Source of the DNA: Octopus sinensis
Taxonomy: Eukaryota
NCBI RefSeq assembly: GCF_006345805.1
Contig: NC_043005.1
Span: 50,778,001 to 50,842,000 of the forward strand
Length of the DNA stretch: 64,000 nt
Direction: 5' to 3'
In this document: piece after piece, positions 1 to 13,575 of the stretch
Layout: each line of letters starts with the position of its first letter
Position numbering within the stretch: position 1 is the stretch's first letter
Made by a program: the position numbers and the translations under genes
The notes under the pieces: model-generated
Database searches by the model: none
Told to the model about the DNA's origin: nothing
Seen by the model: only the letters and a program-made list of their open reading frames with translations

Positions 1-207
1 AATGGGTGTGTGTATATATATATATGTGTGTGTGTGTTTATCTATCTATTTATTTATATGGGTTTATGCATACATACATTCATACACACAGACACACATA
101 TATACACATACATGCGTGTATATATGTATGTATATATGCATGTATATATATTATCTTTCATTCATTACTTCTTTTATTCATCAAACTGAGACCATGCTGG
201 GGCACCA

Positions 208-440
208 CCTATTTCTTTACTACCCACAAGGGGCTAAACACAGAGAGGACAAACAAGGACAGACAAACGGATTAAGTCGATTATATCGACCCCAGTGCGT
301 AACTGGTACTTATCTAATCGACCCCGGAAGGATGAAAGGCAAAGTCGACCTCGGCGGAATTTGAACTCAGAACGTAACGGCAGACGAAATACGGCTGCGT
401 ATTTCGCGTGGCGTGCTAACGTTTCTGCCAGCTCGCCACC
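208..440 (-). mobile_element. tRNA-derived SINE, family A, nested in a family-B SINE
   Basis: Minus strand reads GGCGAGCTGGCAGAAACGTTAGCACGCC...GAGTTCAAATTCCGCCGAGGTCGACTTTGCCTTTCATCC, with A/B-box-like head. About ten copies occur in the window. Family-B sequence is interrupted at 207 and resumes at 441. Confidence 0.85.
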
Positions 441-770
441 TGTCAGAATTTTAGCCGAGCGAATCGACCCCAGTGCTTTTGATTTTAAGCCTGGCACTTG
501 TTTTATCGGTCTTTTGTGCCCAACTGCTATGTTACGGGAACCTAAATATGTCAACACTCGTTGTCAAGCGGCGGCAGGGGACAAACAGACACAAAGATAC
601 AGACACAGAGACACCACACAAACACACACACACATACACATATATGCGATGGGCTTTCAGTTTCCGTCTATCAAATCTATTGTAAAGGCTGTGGTCCGCC
701 CAAGTTTCCACACAATCGGATTGAACATGGAGCCATGCTGTTGGGAAACAAACTGCTTACCATAAAGCTG
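441..770 (-). mobile_element. SINE family B (internal CA microsatellite)
   Basis: Shares CGAATCGACCCCAG...GTTACGGG...TTGTCAAGCG...(CA)n...CAGTTTCCGTCTA with copies at 36480, 37550 and 61200. Confidence 0.75.
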
Positions 771-1529
771 TATGGATAACAATGTATCTATGTATATATA
801 TTCATTTATACATACATACATACATACATACATACATACATACATACATACATACATACATACATACATACATACATACATACGCATATGTATATGTAGA
901 ACTGAATATAGAATATATATATTTTTTGGGTTTTTTTCTACTTTTTCTAGTAGCAAATTTAATTGCGTCTTGAACAAGCTTCTTCATATACATCAGTAGT
1001 AGCTTTCTCACTGGTAATGCTTTAACTGTATATTGCAAAAATGTAAGTCGTTTTTAACTAAATAAATTGCACTTCATATTCGAGGCTACGATGAAGCTAT
1101 AGGATGTTATTCAGACACTGAACTGAACGTCCACTGTAGCAGAAACATATGTAAGCTAATGAAGTTCATAACATGACCACTGATTTTCCTGTGTCATCTC
1201 GTCTTCTGATACATACACACACACATACATACATTGAGCAAAAATGAGCTAAGAGAAATAACTTGATGTAGCCAATGACATGAATTTCAACAAGAAAGAC
1301 TAACAAAAGTATATTAAATACAGTAGAAGAAAAATTCTTGTTTCATTGAAATATTCTTCGCTTCGTGAGAAGGTAAACTAACGTCTTGCATCGACTGGTG
1401 GCAATAGCGAACTACTTCTTCTCCCCGTCCAATTAGCTATGCCACTGCTTCGAGCAACATAGTGGAAAAGTGAAAAATATTTGATGTCATCGGGCGCTTT
1501 GGTGAAGTTAATGCACGTTGCAATATAGA

Positions 1530-2560
1530 ATTAGGAGAATGTTTGACGTCGATTCAGACAGCTTTTGGATGTCACATCATATCATTTCGGCAGCATCTTT
1601 TTAACTAACAGGTGTCAAAGTTCATCCAGTGACCAAATCTTCACACACGAGGCACACAACACCACAAGACTAGGAAAACAACTTCTCGAGAAATACATGC
1701 CCAAAGAAGTAGCACAACTCAACCGCAACATGTCATCGCATGGAAGAATGAGTGCATATCAGTAGAAATCCATAATTATATATATTGGCAGAAAGCTCCA
1801 GGATGAGGGCAAGATTGCTAATCAAACAGTATATCGTAGACCAACAACCGGATCACCGGATCACTAGCTCTCACTTTCAAGTGTTTGCGTTTGCAATCGA
1901 GGAATAGAAAATAGCTACAAAATTCCTGATGCACAAAAGAGACAGGGACACAGGAAGAAGTGCAAAATGTAATTATCGATGCAAACTTTGTGGAGTCAAT
2001 ACTGAAGCTATCACCCTTCATCATAAGCAATTGTCTGAAAATGCCATCGCGTTATTATGAAGCAATGAGACATGATGTTATAGCCAAGAACTCTATAGTG
2101 GCATCCGTCGGAAGGATAATCCTTAGATCGAAGATATAAGAACATGCAGTGCGGTTGAGACCATAACCACTCATAATGTCAAAGTGTATTGGTGGGATGT
2201 CCCCTGCAAAGATCTCAATAAAATGCAAACGTGAAGGAGTAGACATGATAATTCGGGAAATCATGTTTAATATTGAAAGATAGTTGCCCAAAAGATGTTA
2301 ACACAAAGGTAAAGGTAAGTAGCGAAAAGAAAACGCCTATGCTAAACTATTGAGACATTTACAGTTACTCCAGCCGGACTACAAGTTTAGATTCATACCA
2401 GTGATTATTGGGGTACTAATATATGCAACCAACTGTCTCAGAACCGTCTTCAGAAACGAGGGCTTTCAAACCAGAAAGGAGGAGGCAAATTAGAAGACTA
2501 CAGATACAAGTCATTAATGGAACAGTCAAAATGTGTAAAGCTTTCAGAAAGTTTATCATA
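1530..2560 (+). pseudogene. Decayed 3' part of an R4/Dong-like non-LTR retrotransposon (post-RT, CCHC knuckle, REL endonuclease)
   Basis: Hand translation across frameshifts gives GECLTSIQTAF (GRGL-like), FAFAIEE, CKLCGVNTEAIT-HIISNC (CCHC), RHDVIA, YWWDVPAKISIKCK, CPKDVN, AYAKLLRHLQ and FRFIPVIIG. This motif order is typical of REL-endonuclease LINEs. Confidence 0.75.
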
Positions 2561-2854
2561 TATATGCAGCGAAATGTCAAAGTATAGATACATAAAGTAA
2601 AACATACACATCTGCACATGAACTGTCACCATACACTTGCACATATACACTCGTACTTACACAACTGTCACACTGATGTCGTTGAAATTGCAATGAAAAA
2701 GTCTTGGATCTAGGTCAGAAATGGGTTCTTTATCCATTAGTGAGAAAAATAGAAATAAACCTAAATCATAGATGCAAACATACAGAAAACAGAAGGAGAG
2801 GAAGAGAGAAAGAGTGATATACATATATACATACACACACACACACATATATAC

Positions 2855-2885
<31 letters not shown>

Positions 2886-3961
2886 TATATGTATATATAC
2901 ATATATATATGTATATATGTATATGTACACGCATATGTGTGAGTGTCTGTGCTTACATACACATTCCTGTACCTGTGCATATTATTTGTATATTTAATGT
3001 GTTCGTGCCTTTTAAATATGTATGCATAGTTTCACAATGAGAATAACTTAAAACTGCAGTGTTATTGCACATTAATGTATTATTTACTGTTAATAATGTA
3101 TATGGTACGACACTTAAGGAACCAAAGGACTGTAGGGAAGGCTTTTCAATGTAGATCGTCAGCTTGTAGAAAGAGAAAAGCTGACGCTTTGCATGCGCGC
3201 GCATACATTCCTACACACATACACAAACTCATGCAGACATTATTCAGCACACATTCGTTCGCTACATTGTTTAGTGGCTACAATATTCATATTCATACAG
3301 CATATACAATGAATGGTGTAGAATATACTCATAGAAACACCAACCTATACCCCGCACATTCTTACATTCCAAATGTCCCTATGCTTCTACTAAATGTATG
3401 TAAGCACACACATACAAACTCTGATGCATACAGATCAATCTCTTCACGCTGCTCGTTCCATAGTTTTATGGAAATTGTTATTCAGATAGTCCAGTGATTG
3501 GTTAAACCCTGACTGGATTGAATGCACTATAAATATGGACGGTGCCCAGATTATAAAAAGCGTTTATAGCCTTCTGTAATCACTATATGACGGATCTCTC
3601 TGTCAACGGGGATTCTTGACAACGAGGATTCAAGTGTTTGATCAACTCAATTACCTTCTCTTAAATTACCGTGTATACCCATAACGTATATTTTCAGGCA
3701 GAATCAAAGTGTGATAAAGCCGTATATTTTGATTTACAGGTGTAATACACACAATGATCTTCTGTACAATTTCTGTTTTCCCAGTTTCACTCACAACGAC
3801 TATGGCCGACTCGAACGCTATAGAAAATGACATCCGTCCAAAATTCCACGCAGTGGGACCAATTTCGGGACCACGTGGTTTGAAGTGAACATCTTAAACT
3901 ATTCTTGATCATTCTGCGCCTACAAGTTTTGTAAGTACGTTTTATAATTATACAGGCCTGC

Positions 3962-5463
3962 AGTCATAACAACAAAAGTTCATTACCGTGTAAGAAAGAG
4001 GCTTATAAGATGATCTTTTACGGCTCTTTTGCAAAGCTTAAATTTTAAGCTTAAAGTATATGTTCTATGCAATAAGCAATCATATTATATTCCGGGCATA
4101 AAATTCTAACCTTAAATACTATTTTGTACTATGAGCTGTTAGATAGACAAAAGGTGTAGTAAGGTGGGAACACAGTAGGAAATTTCCCTTGGATGCAAAC
4201 ATGTAGAAGTGCGAAATTTCTTCTGGCTTATGATACCAGTTATGGTACCAGAGGGTCAACAAAATAATCTTTGCCGTTGGAAACAGAGAACTTTTCCTAC
4301 GCCACCGCGTAACGTAAGTCGCCCCATACGCCGGGTGACAAGTCATAACAACAAAAGTTCATTACCGTGTAAGAGGCTTATAAGATGATCTTTTACGGCT
4401 CTTTTGCAAAGCTTAAATTTTAAGCTTAAAGTATATGTTCTATGCAATAAGCAATCATCTTATATTCCGGACATAAAATTCTAACCTTAAATACTATTTT
4501 GTACTATGAGCTGTTAGATAGACAAAAGGTGTAGTAAGGTGGGACCACAGTAGGAAATTTCCCTTGGATTCAAACATGTAGAAGTGCGAATTTCTTCTGG
4601 CTTATGATACAGTTATGGTACCAGAGGGTCAACAAAATAATCTTTGCCGTTGGAAACAGAGAACTTTTCCTACGCCACCGCGTAACGTAAGTCGCCCCAT
4701 ACGCCGGGTGACAAGTCATAACAACAAAAGTTCATTACCGTGTAAGAGGCTTATAAGATGATCTTTTACGGCTCTTTTGCAAAGCTTAAATTTTAAGCTT
4801 AAAGTATATGTTCTATGCAATAAGCAATCATCTTATATTCCGGACATAAAATTCTAACCTTAAATACTATTTTGTACTATGAGCTGTTAGATAGACAAAA
4901 GGTGTAGTAAGGTGGGACCACAGTAGGAAATTTCCCTTGGATTCAAACATGTAGAAGTGCCAAATTTCTTCTGGCTTATGATACCAGTTATGGTACCAGA
5001 GGGTCAACAAAATAATCTTTGCCGTTGGAAACAGAGAACCTTTCCTACGCCACCGCGTAACGTAAGTCGCCCCATACGCCGGGTGACAAGTCATAACAAC
5101 AAAAGTTCATTACCGTGTAAGAGGCTTATAAGATGATCTTTTACGGCTCTTTTGCAAAGCTTAAATTTTAAGCTTAAAGTATATGTTCTATGCAATAAGC
5201 AATCATCTTATATTCCGGACATAAAATTCTAACCTTAAATACTATTTTGTACTATGAGCTGTTAGATAGACAAAAGGTGTAGTAAGGTGGGACCACAGTA
5301 GGAAATTTCCCTTGGATTCAAACATGTAGAAGTGCGAAATTTCTTCTGGCTTATGATACCAGTTATGGTACCAGAGGGTCAACAAAATAATCTTTGCCGT
5401 TGGAAACAGAGAACTTTTCCTACGCCACCGCGTAACGTAAGTCGTCCCATACTCCGGGTGACA
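3962..5463. repeat. Head-to-tail tandem array, 4 units of ~375 bp
   Basis: Units begin AGTCATAACAACAAAAG at 3962, 4341, 4714 and 5089 and end CCGGGTGACA. They are nearly identical. Confidence 0.95.
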
Positions 5464-6361
5464 GGGTGATATGTTACGACACCAAACTAAAACTTTATGC
5501 AATATCCACCAAGTACTTGATGACAGTATCTTACCTGTGTTTTTATAAATGCACGTACGTTAACTTACAGGTAACCAAAATGCAAAAGTCACATGTGTAC
5601 TCTAAGTGATTGATATTTATTTTATTGAAGATAGCAAATGCGGAACTAAAAAAATTTTACTCTCTACATCATCACGATCAAAAATGTTGATTTACGTGCA
5701 ATTTATAATACAACTTTTAATGAACCACCTGGTTAATATTGCTTAACAATGGCTTCAGAAATTTCTTTCCTTAGCAGGTTTTTTTTTTAATACTTTGCTT
5801 AATCTTTCTATACAATTTGTGTTGTATGATAGCAAACATAATCGATATTTCTATATAGGAGGCTGCCCAGACACAGTTTAAAGAATGTTCACATGTTCAC
5901 ATATATTGAATATAAATTCGTTGACTTCAAAGTCCGAACGCAGTGTGTTAATTACTAGCAGACACGCAACAGAGATACCACAATCGTACACACACACATA
6001 CACACACTTGATTGCATGCATATGCGCATACAGACACGCATGTTTATATACATACATATATACATATGTGGTATATATATATATGTACGTTATACATGTG
6101 TCTATAAGTGTGAGTATGTGTGGGCGGATCGACGTGCAAATTTTGTGGCGTAGATCTGAGTACTGGCTAATGGCTCAGTTATCAAATTAAGGACACTAAT
6201 ATTTCTATTGTGCACTTCCCCCATCCATTCATTGTTAGTAACGTACACATACATTCATACTCTCATAATTATACATACACACATATATACACACCCGTAT
6301 ACACACACATGATAGACAGACAGATAGATAGCGAGAAAGAGATAGAAAGAGAGAGACATAC

Positions 6362-6439
<78 letters not shown>

Positions 6440-6753
6440 ACGGACAGATGCTTGAGACATGTGCTTGTGTAGGTGTTTGTATATACTAACACGTATATTG
6501 GAATGTTTCCTTAAAAGGTATAAAGAGTTCTACCGAGAAAAGGTATATAAAATTAGCACCCTTATACTAAATGCATTTACTCTCTATCTCTCCCTTCCCT
6601 CTTTCTCCCTCATTCACCCACCCCATTTTTCCCTTTGTACTCATAAACACGTATATTTATATCATCTATATACCTACCTACCTCTCTCATATACTTCCCC
6701 CTCTCATCACACACACACACAGACACACACACACACACACACAGACACACACA

Positions 6754-6795
<42 letters not shown>

Positions 6796-6863
6796 GATGT
6801 TTGAAATTTTAAGATGTGTGTATTATATGCGAGAAGACGTGTGAGTGTATATGCGTATGTTGG

Positions 6864-6903
<40 letters not shown>

Positions 6904-7042
6904 CGTGTCTGTATATATGTGTGTGTGAAATACTTAAACGTAATGATTTAAATCTGAAAACTTTTAAGATAACTTTCACTTCAAATGTGTTATGATGATG
7001 AGTTTGAATTTCTATTTGTTTGTGCTAGTGTGTATGTGTATA

Positions 7043-7086
<44 letters not shown>

Positions 7087-7260
7087 TATGTGTGTGCGTG
7101 TATGTGTGTGTGTGTGAGTGTGTGTGATAGAGAGAGAAAAATTGATTTCTATTTATTCAATATAAATTTAGCAATCAAATCTGCTTTCCAAATATTGTCT
7201 GAACAGGAAAGTATATACATACATACATACATATATATATATATGAATATGTATATATAT

Positions 7261-7376
<116 letters not shown>

Positions 7377-7959
7377 TATGAGAGTGAGAGAGTGAGGGGT
7401 GAGAGAGAGAAAGAAAGAGAGTGTAGAAGATGTACGTTTATTTGTATATTCATATGTGTGTGTATATTTACGTGTATATGTCCGTACGCAAAATCGAGCG
7501 AACAATGAAAATCTTTAAGAAAAAAAAAAAGAAACACTGTTATAAATATAATTTAAAAAGAAATAAATTCGTCAAAACGGGTAAGAAGTGTAAAGGAATG
7601 GAAAGGAAAAACTCGATTTAAGTAAAAGATTATATTAAGTAAATAAATTTTTTTTTTAAGATTTCAAATCATGTGTTTTAAACAAAAAGTATATTTAATA
7701 AAAATGAAAGAAGTAATTTTTGTAAATCTGGAAAAAGCTATTGATGAGAATTTATAGAAACAATTTGAAATAGATTGTATAAAAAAATTCTCGGATACAA
7801 AAGCATTTACAACTAACTGGTCAGGTCAGACTACACCTATTACTGGTACTATGGCGGTAAGAAAGTTTCAAGGAAGCTGAATAGCAGAAGGTCTTCAGAG
7901 TAGAATCTCCACCTTCCCTCAGGCATGCATCTCGACGCTTAAATTCTTATACAATAAGG

Positions 7960-8286
7960 TAGGGATTCTCAACCAATATTTATCTATGAATCTCTTTGAT
8001 TGCTATTTTATTCTGGTGGACCCCCAAAGCCATACAATGTTTAAAGACTAGTTTTATAAAAACTTCTTTCAAAATTCCTATTTTGTTTTTCACACATTAA
8101 CTTGTGTAGGTTGAACTATGTAAAATGTCAGAGAAAGAATCCTAGCTGTTTCTCGCACTACATACCAATACATACATCTAAAGCAAACTTTTTTCAGGGC
8201 CTCTTGCAATACTACTCTGGATTCCCGATTTACAGTTTTGTTGCAGGGAACCCCAAAAATCTTTGGACCCCGGTGGAGAACCACTA
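7960..8286 (+). mobile_element. hAT-type MITE (CAGTGGTTCTCAAC-like TIRs)
   Basis: Ends are TAGGGATTCTCAACC and GGTGGAGAACCACTA. The internal sequence is shared with 11112-11433. Confidence 0.7.
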
Positions 8287-9671
8287 CTGTAAAGAGAGCG
8301 AGTCACATCCAGGTCATGACTCTTTGGATGCCCTTCTGTTGACACGTTTTAGCCACTTCGTAGTTTAGTGCATTTAATTCTCCCAGTTGTAATTCCTCTC
8401 TGTTGACTCAGCTTTCAAACTTATACTCAAAGAAGAAATAACGCTAGTTGTCATGGTAGCGGGGAAACGTCAACGTTGTCACAATGACGCACACCGAGTT
8501 ACGTCCCTTAGTGTTAAAATGGAAAAATATTGCCTTCAAAGAGTAGGGTGGTTGTTTTTGTTCCTCCTCGACCAGATTCAGTTGGAGCACCTGCCCCACA
8601 TCCAGTGAGGAGGCGAATACAAAACCACAGAATCCTGGAAACCGACCTTATGAATGTGTATGGCTCACGAAGGGCCTTCGATTCTTTTAGTGTATGCTTG
8701 TATGATTGCGTGTTTACCTTTACGCATGTGCGCATTGAATGTGCATGCGTGTACGTACGTGTAGGTGCATGGTTGTCTGCATTCTTGTATATATAGATAA
8801 GTATATATTTAGTTTATATGTTTGCATCTATAAATGTATGTATGTACAAGTATATGCGTGTATACCTGTCAGTATAGCTGCAAGTGTATATATTTGATTA
8901 TCGTTATGAGAGTAAATGAGTATTTTCTGCAAGGACTCTTTTGCCCTTTTGTCTGTATTTATGCATACATTTCTATATGTTTATGAAGAGGTTATTTGTA
9001 TTTAAGTCTGTCTGTACGACTGCCTGCTTGTTTGCTTGCTTATAAGTATGTATGAACATACACATCACTAGAGATCAATACATGTATGTATGTATGTATG
9101 TATGTATGTATGTATGTATGTATGTATGTATGTATGTATGCATGTATGTGTATACATACACAAACACACACACACACACGCAAACACATCCACGTATATG
9201 TGAGTGTGTCTATCACTAAGCACCGTTACTTCAAGTGTATGAGGTACTTTGTTCTGATGTTTCCTTCATGCTTCAATGGGGTTTCACGGAGATAAAGTTT
9301 TAGCAAATGATGGATGCTATGTATACGTGCCGTACATACACAATTGTATATATCAGTAAAAACAAAAAATAAAATACATTTATCTAATGCTATATACAGC
9401 CTTTGTAATTATATGTTCTTTAATACAGTAGCAATAACCCAGCAAATATAGAGAATCTTATGCTGCGAATATTTTCACAGTAACGTAGTAAATGTTACCA
9501 GAATCAGTAGACACGGAATAGTAAAAAACAAAAAGAAAAGTGCTCTGTGGTATCCAGATACGAATTCTTATTGGTTGAAGCTCAAATACCGTCGAGTTCA
9601 ACTTCACAATACTTGATTTTGTGGTCAGTAGCATAAGGTACTATCTTGCTGAAGACAGTGCTGTTGATGTT

Positions 9672-9687
9672 GTCTTCTTCTTCTTCT

Positions 9688-9722
<35 letters not shown>

Positions 9723-10046
9723 TTCTCTTCTTCTTCCTCTTCTTCTTCTTCGTCTTCATCTTCTTTTCTTCTTTTCTTCATCTTCATTTTCATCTTCATC
9801 ATCTTCTTCATCATCATCTTCTTCTTTTCTTTTTCTTCTTCATCTTCATTTTCATTTTCATCTTCTTCTTCATCATCATCTTCTTTTCTTCCTTTTCTTC
9901 TTCATCTTCATTTTCATTTTCATCTTCTTCTTCATCATCAACTTCTTTTCTTTTTCTTCTTCATCTTCATTTTCATTTTCATCTTCTTCTTCTTCTGCTT
10001 ATTATTATTATTATTATTATTCTACTTCTTCTTCCTCCTCTTCTTC
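9672..10046. repeat. Compound (TTC)n/(TCA)n/(TTA)n low-complexity tract
   Basis: Trinucleotide runs are visible directly. They produce the spurious poly-F and poly-S ORFs. Confidence 0.9.
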
Positions 10047-10329
10047 CAATCAGGACTCACGCCATTAGCCACAAAGAATAATCTCTAATTCGAGCCTACT
10101 CTAAGCTACAAAGAATGCGTGTGGCAACTTGAAGATCCACCCACCACACGCGATAGACTGGCGGTTGCACGGGCGCGAAAGCTACGTTGTTATCCTCATT
10201 CCGTAAACGGTGGCTTTTAACGGGTAGAGAGCTGAACCATCTTGGGGTACAGAGGATTCGCAATCTAGACTAGGGTCTGAAAATTTACCATACCATAGTG
10301 GGTTACACCATGGTTCCTCTGCTTTGTGG

Positions 10330-10506
10330 AAGAAGTGAGTGAAGAAGAAAGAGTGAGAGAAAGTTGTGGTGAAAGAGTACAGCGCCGGAGCCTCGTGGAG
10401 CTTAGGTGATTTTGCTCAATAAACACTCACAATGTCCGGTCTGGGAATCGAAACTGCGTTCTTACGACAGCGAGTCCGCTGCTCTAACCACTGGGCCATT
10501 GCGCCT
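10330..10506 (-). mobile_element. SINE family C
   Basis: Reverse complement of the 60876 copy (GGCGCAATGGCCCAGTGGTTAGAGCAGCGGACTC...AAGCTCCACGAGGCTCCGGC). Confidence 0.8.
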
Positions 10507-10625
10507 GCACTCGTTGTTGTTGCTGTTGTTGAATCCCAGATCAGCCCTGATTGAACAAACCTATGATCAAAAACATTCTCTCTCTCCCCCTCTCACTCTC
10601 CCCCTCTCACTCTCCCCCTCTCACC

Positions 10626-10662
<37 letters not shown>

Positions 10663-11111
10663 TTATCGTATTCTAATTTTTTTTTCAACCACATAATCTC
10701 ATGTCATTTTTTTTTATAAAACAGACTGGGTAGTGAGTAATGTTTGTTAGGGTTTGATACAAGGGCGGTGAGTCGTAGGTAGGTTTTGTTAGGGTTTGAT
10801 ACGAGGGAGATTTTACTACTATGTCTAGCTTGTCAAGCAACAAAGTAGAGAACTCTCTTACCTTCTTGGTTCGAGATCTGTGCAGTATTTCCTTCTAGGT
10901 GAGTGAAGAGACGTTTTTCCTTCTGAAGTCAGGCTTGTCATCGTCTTGTTGTTTTGCATGGATACGAAGTTCTTGTTGATAATGTTGTTTAACCATATTT
11001 GAACTCTGAATTGAGCAGCTCTATGAACAAAAATGTTCCAGTCATGAAAATCCGCCGTTCTCTCGGTTATTAATATGTCTAGAGTTATATTCACTAATGT
11101 GTCATTCATTT

Positions 11112-11433
11112 TAAGGATTCTCAACTATCTTTTATCTATGGACCCCTTTCATTACTATTTTATTCTGGTGGACCCCCCCCCACCATAGTCATTCAATGTT
11201 TAAAAACAAGTTTATAGAAACTTATATCAAATTGTTTATTTTGTGTAGGTTGATCTATGTAAAATGTTAGAGGAAGAAACCCAGCTCTTTCTTGCAATAC
11301 ATAAAGCAAGATTTTTTTCAGGGTCCCTTAAAATACAATTGTGGATTCCTAATTTACTATTTTGTTGCATGGACCCCTAAAACATCTTATATAGACCATT
11401 AGGGGCCATATGGACTCCGGTTGAGAACCACTG
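11112..11433 (+). mobile_element. hAT-type MITE
   Basis: Ends are TAAGGATTCTCAAC and GGTTGAGAACCACTG. Homologous to 7960-8286. Confidence 0.75.
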
Positions 11434-11967
11434 CTTTAGACGATTTACTCTGGAAGTGTGTGTGTGAGTGAGTGCGTGTGTGTGTGTGTGTGAGTGAATA
11501 TGTGTTTGTGAGTGTGTGTGTAACTCCTTAACAGCCCACCCTAAAACCTAATTACCACTCAACCTAAATCCACACACCCAAGGAAGAATTTAACTCGACA
11601 GAGCACTGTGAAATTGCCACGAAGAATTCAGTGAGCAAGGTTTCCGACTCCCTTTCCCCGAGGTTTTCACTGCTCACATTCTAAGCTCACATCCTTATTG
11701 CGTTCCATATCAGCAGTTGCAGCCAGTCAAATCAAACATGCAAACATGTAGGATGTAAAACTCTATCTTTCGTTTCTCCTCCTCCACCCCCTCTTGTCAT
11801 CTTAACCATGAAGAAAGTCTGTATTTGAAACATTAGATACTTCACTCCCCACAGCAATTTTACTGTAATATTTATGCTGCTTGTTCCCAAATAATACAAG
11901 TTGTTGCCGACGCAGACCACCTTGGATTCTGTTTTATCGCGTAAATACACGCAAGCATAAATACACA

Positions 11968-12001
<34 letters not shown>

Positions 12002-12163
12002 AAGACGTATACATACATATGGATATGTATATGATATACATGCACATGTAGAGGGAAACTGTGAGAGTAGAAGGAGAAAAAGTCAGAGAGAAAGGAAAAC
12101 ACGCACATGTGAATGTGTATGTATATATATATACATATATGTATGTATGCATATATATATATA

Positions 12164-12197
<34 letters not shown>

Positions 12198-12202
12198 GTA
12201 TG

Positions 12203-12235
<33 letters not shown>

Positions 12236-12270
12236 GTATATATATACATATATGTATGTATATATATATA

Positions 12271-12313
<43 letters not shown>

Positions 12314-12344
12314 CATATATGTATATATATATATTATATATATA

Positions 12345-12392
<48 letters not shown>

Positions 12393-12409
12393 ATATTCAT
12401 ATATATATA

Positions 12410-12451
<42 letters not shown>

Positions 12452-13149
12452 AAGGCATGCGTATGTATGTATGTATACAGAATAGAGAGAGTGTGTGGGA
12501 GACCGAGAGAAAGTGGTACTAAACGATAAGATTTAATTTGAAAGGGAGAGTTTACTGCTACTTCTAGTGTTCCGATAAAACACAGTCTCTTCCTTGGTTT
12601 GTTCGTTTGTTTGTTTGTTGGCGTAGCTGACAGACCCTGTACGATATTTTTGTCTGTGTCCGTTGTCTTCCAATTATTTATTGCTACCATCTATATATTT
12701 CATAACCCTTTATCTTATACGTTGCCATTTCGAGGTTCTTGTAATTTGATAACTTTTCGACTTCATTCCTGGTGATGTTTTGATCAGAAGCGATCGAGAT
12801 GTCTGTCAGAATAAATAACTTTTTCCCTTCTGTCTTCATACATTTTGGCTTTGATCCACTTATCAGTTTGAACAGGCGTAAACCAGATTATGGAAGCCAT
12901 GCTATTGCCGCATTCAAGACTTGGTGCGTGCTTAAACCATTTATTTTCAGTTTTGAAGTGATGAAGCTTCCGAAAATTTCCCAAAGGATTAAACTATGAT
13001 ATATCTATTCATTTTTATTACGGGTATAGCAGAGCCGAATGGATAATACGTCCGCTTTGCAATCATGAGGTCGGAGTTTCTTTTCCGCGGCGTGGTAGCT
13101 TCGAAAGTCTATTGTATGCTATTTTATGTAAAGTTTTATGTAAAGTTTA

Positions 13150-13575
13150 GGTGTGGCCTAATGGTTAGCGTGTTGACTCAAGATCACAAGATCGCGATTT
13201 CGATCCTTGAACTGGGCGGTGAGTCGTATTCTTGAATAAAAAAAAACCTAATTTCACGTTGCTGCAATCAAAATATAAATGCAAACATCATTTGCTTTGA
13301 GCAAATTTTGTAATTCAAGTATTTTGAATTGTAATAAAAAATAAATGGAGGCGCGTGCCTTAGTGCTTACGTTGTTGGACTCATGATCGTAAGATTGTGG
13401 TTTCGATTCCTGGACTGGACGATGCGTTCTGTTGTTGGGCAAAACACTTTTGAGCAAAACAAAATTGAGTCCTCCTACGATGAACTGGAGTCCCGTCCAA
13501 GTGGGGAATATATACGCCATGGAGATCGAGAAACCGACCCTTATGAGTAGGTAGGACTCGAGAAAGAAACTTTAC
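13150..13575 (+). mobile_element. Two adjacent degenerate tRNA-derived SINE heads (family D-like)
   Basis: GTGTGGCCTAATGGTTAGCG...GATTTCGATCC at 13151 and GGAGGCGCGTGCCTTAGTG...GGTTTCGATTCC at 13347. Confidence 0.6.

Noticed and set aside
2425-2462. Minus-strand CTGAAGA...GAGA resembling an HHR
   Set aside because: It lacks GAAA and pairing stems, and lies within the coding remnant of the REL LINE.
4119-5502. Repeated 75-86 aa ORFs, or a CRISPR-like reading of the array
   Set aside because: The ORFs are a by-product of the tandem repeat and one unit is frameshifted. There are no unique spacers, and the context is eukaryotic.
7715-7950. IFVNLEKAID, resembling the RT motif FVDLxKAFD
   Set aside because: Too short and decayed to call confidently.
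9621-10088. Poly-F/poly-S ORFs (similar low-complexity ORFs at 17448-17864 and 19078-19622)
   Set aside because: Trinucleotide low-complexity tracts with no domain or splice evidence.
12061-12529. Long YIYI/THTH/CVCV ORFs here and throughout the window
   Set aside because: They are stop-free translations of (TA)n, (CA)n, (TACA)n and (TAGA)n microsatellites.
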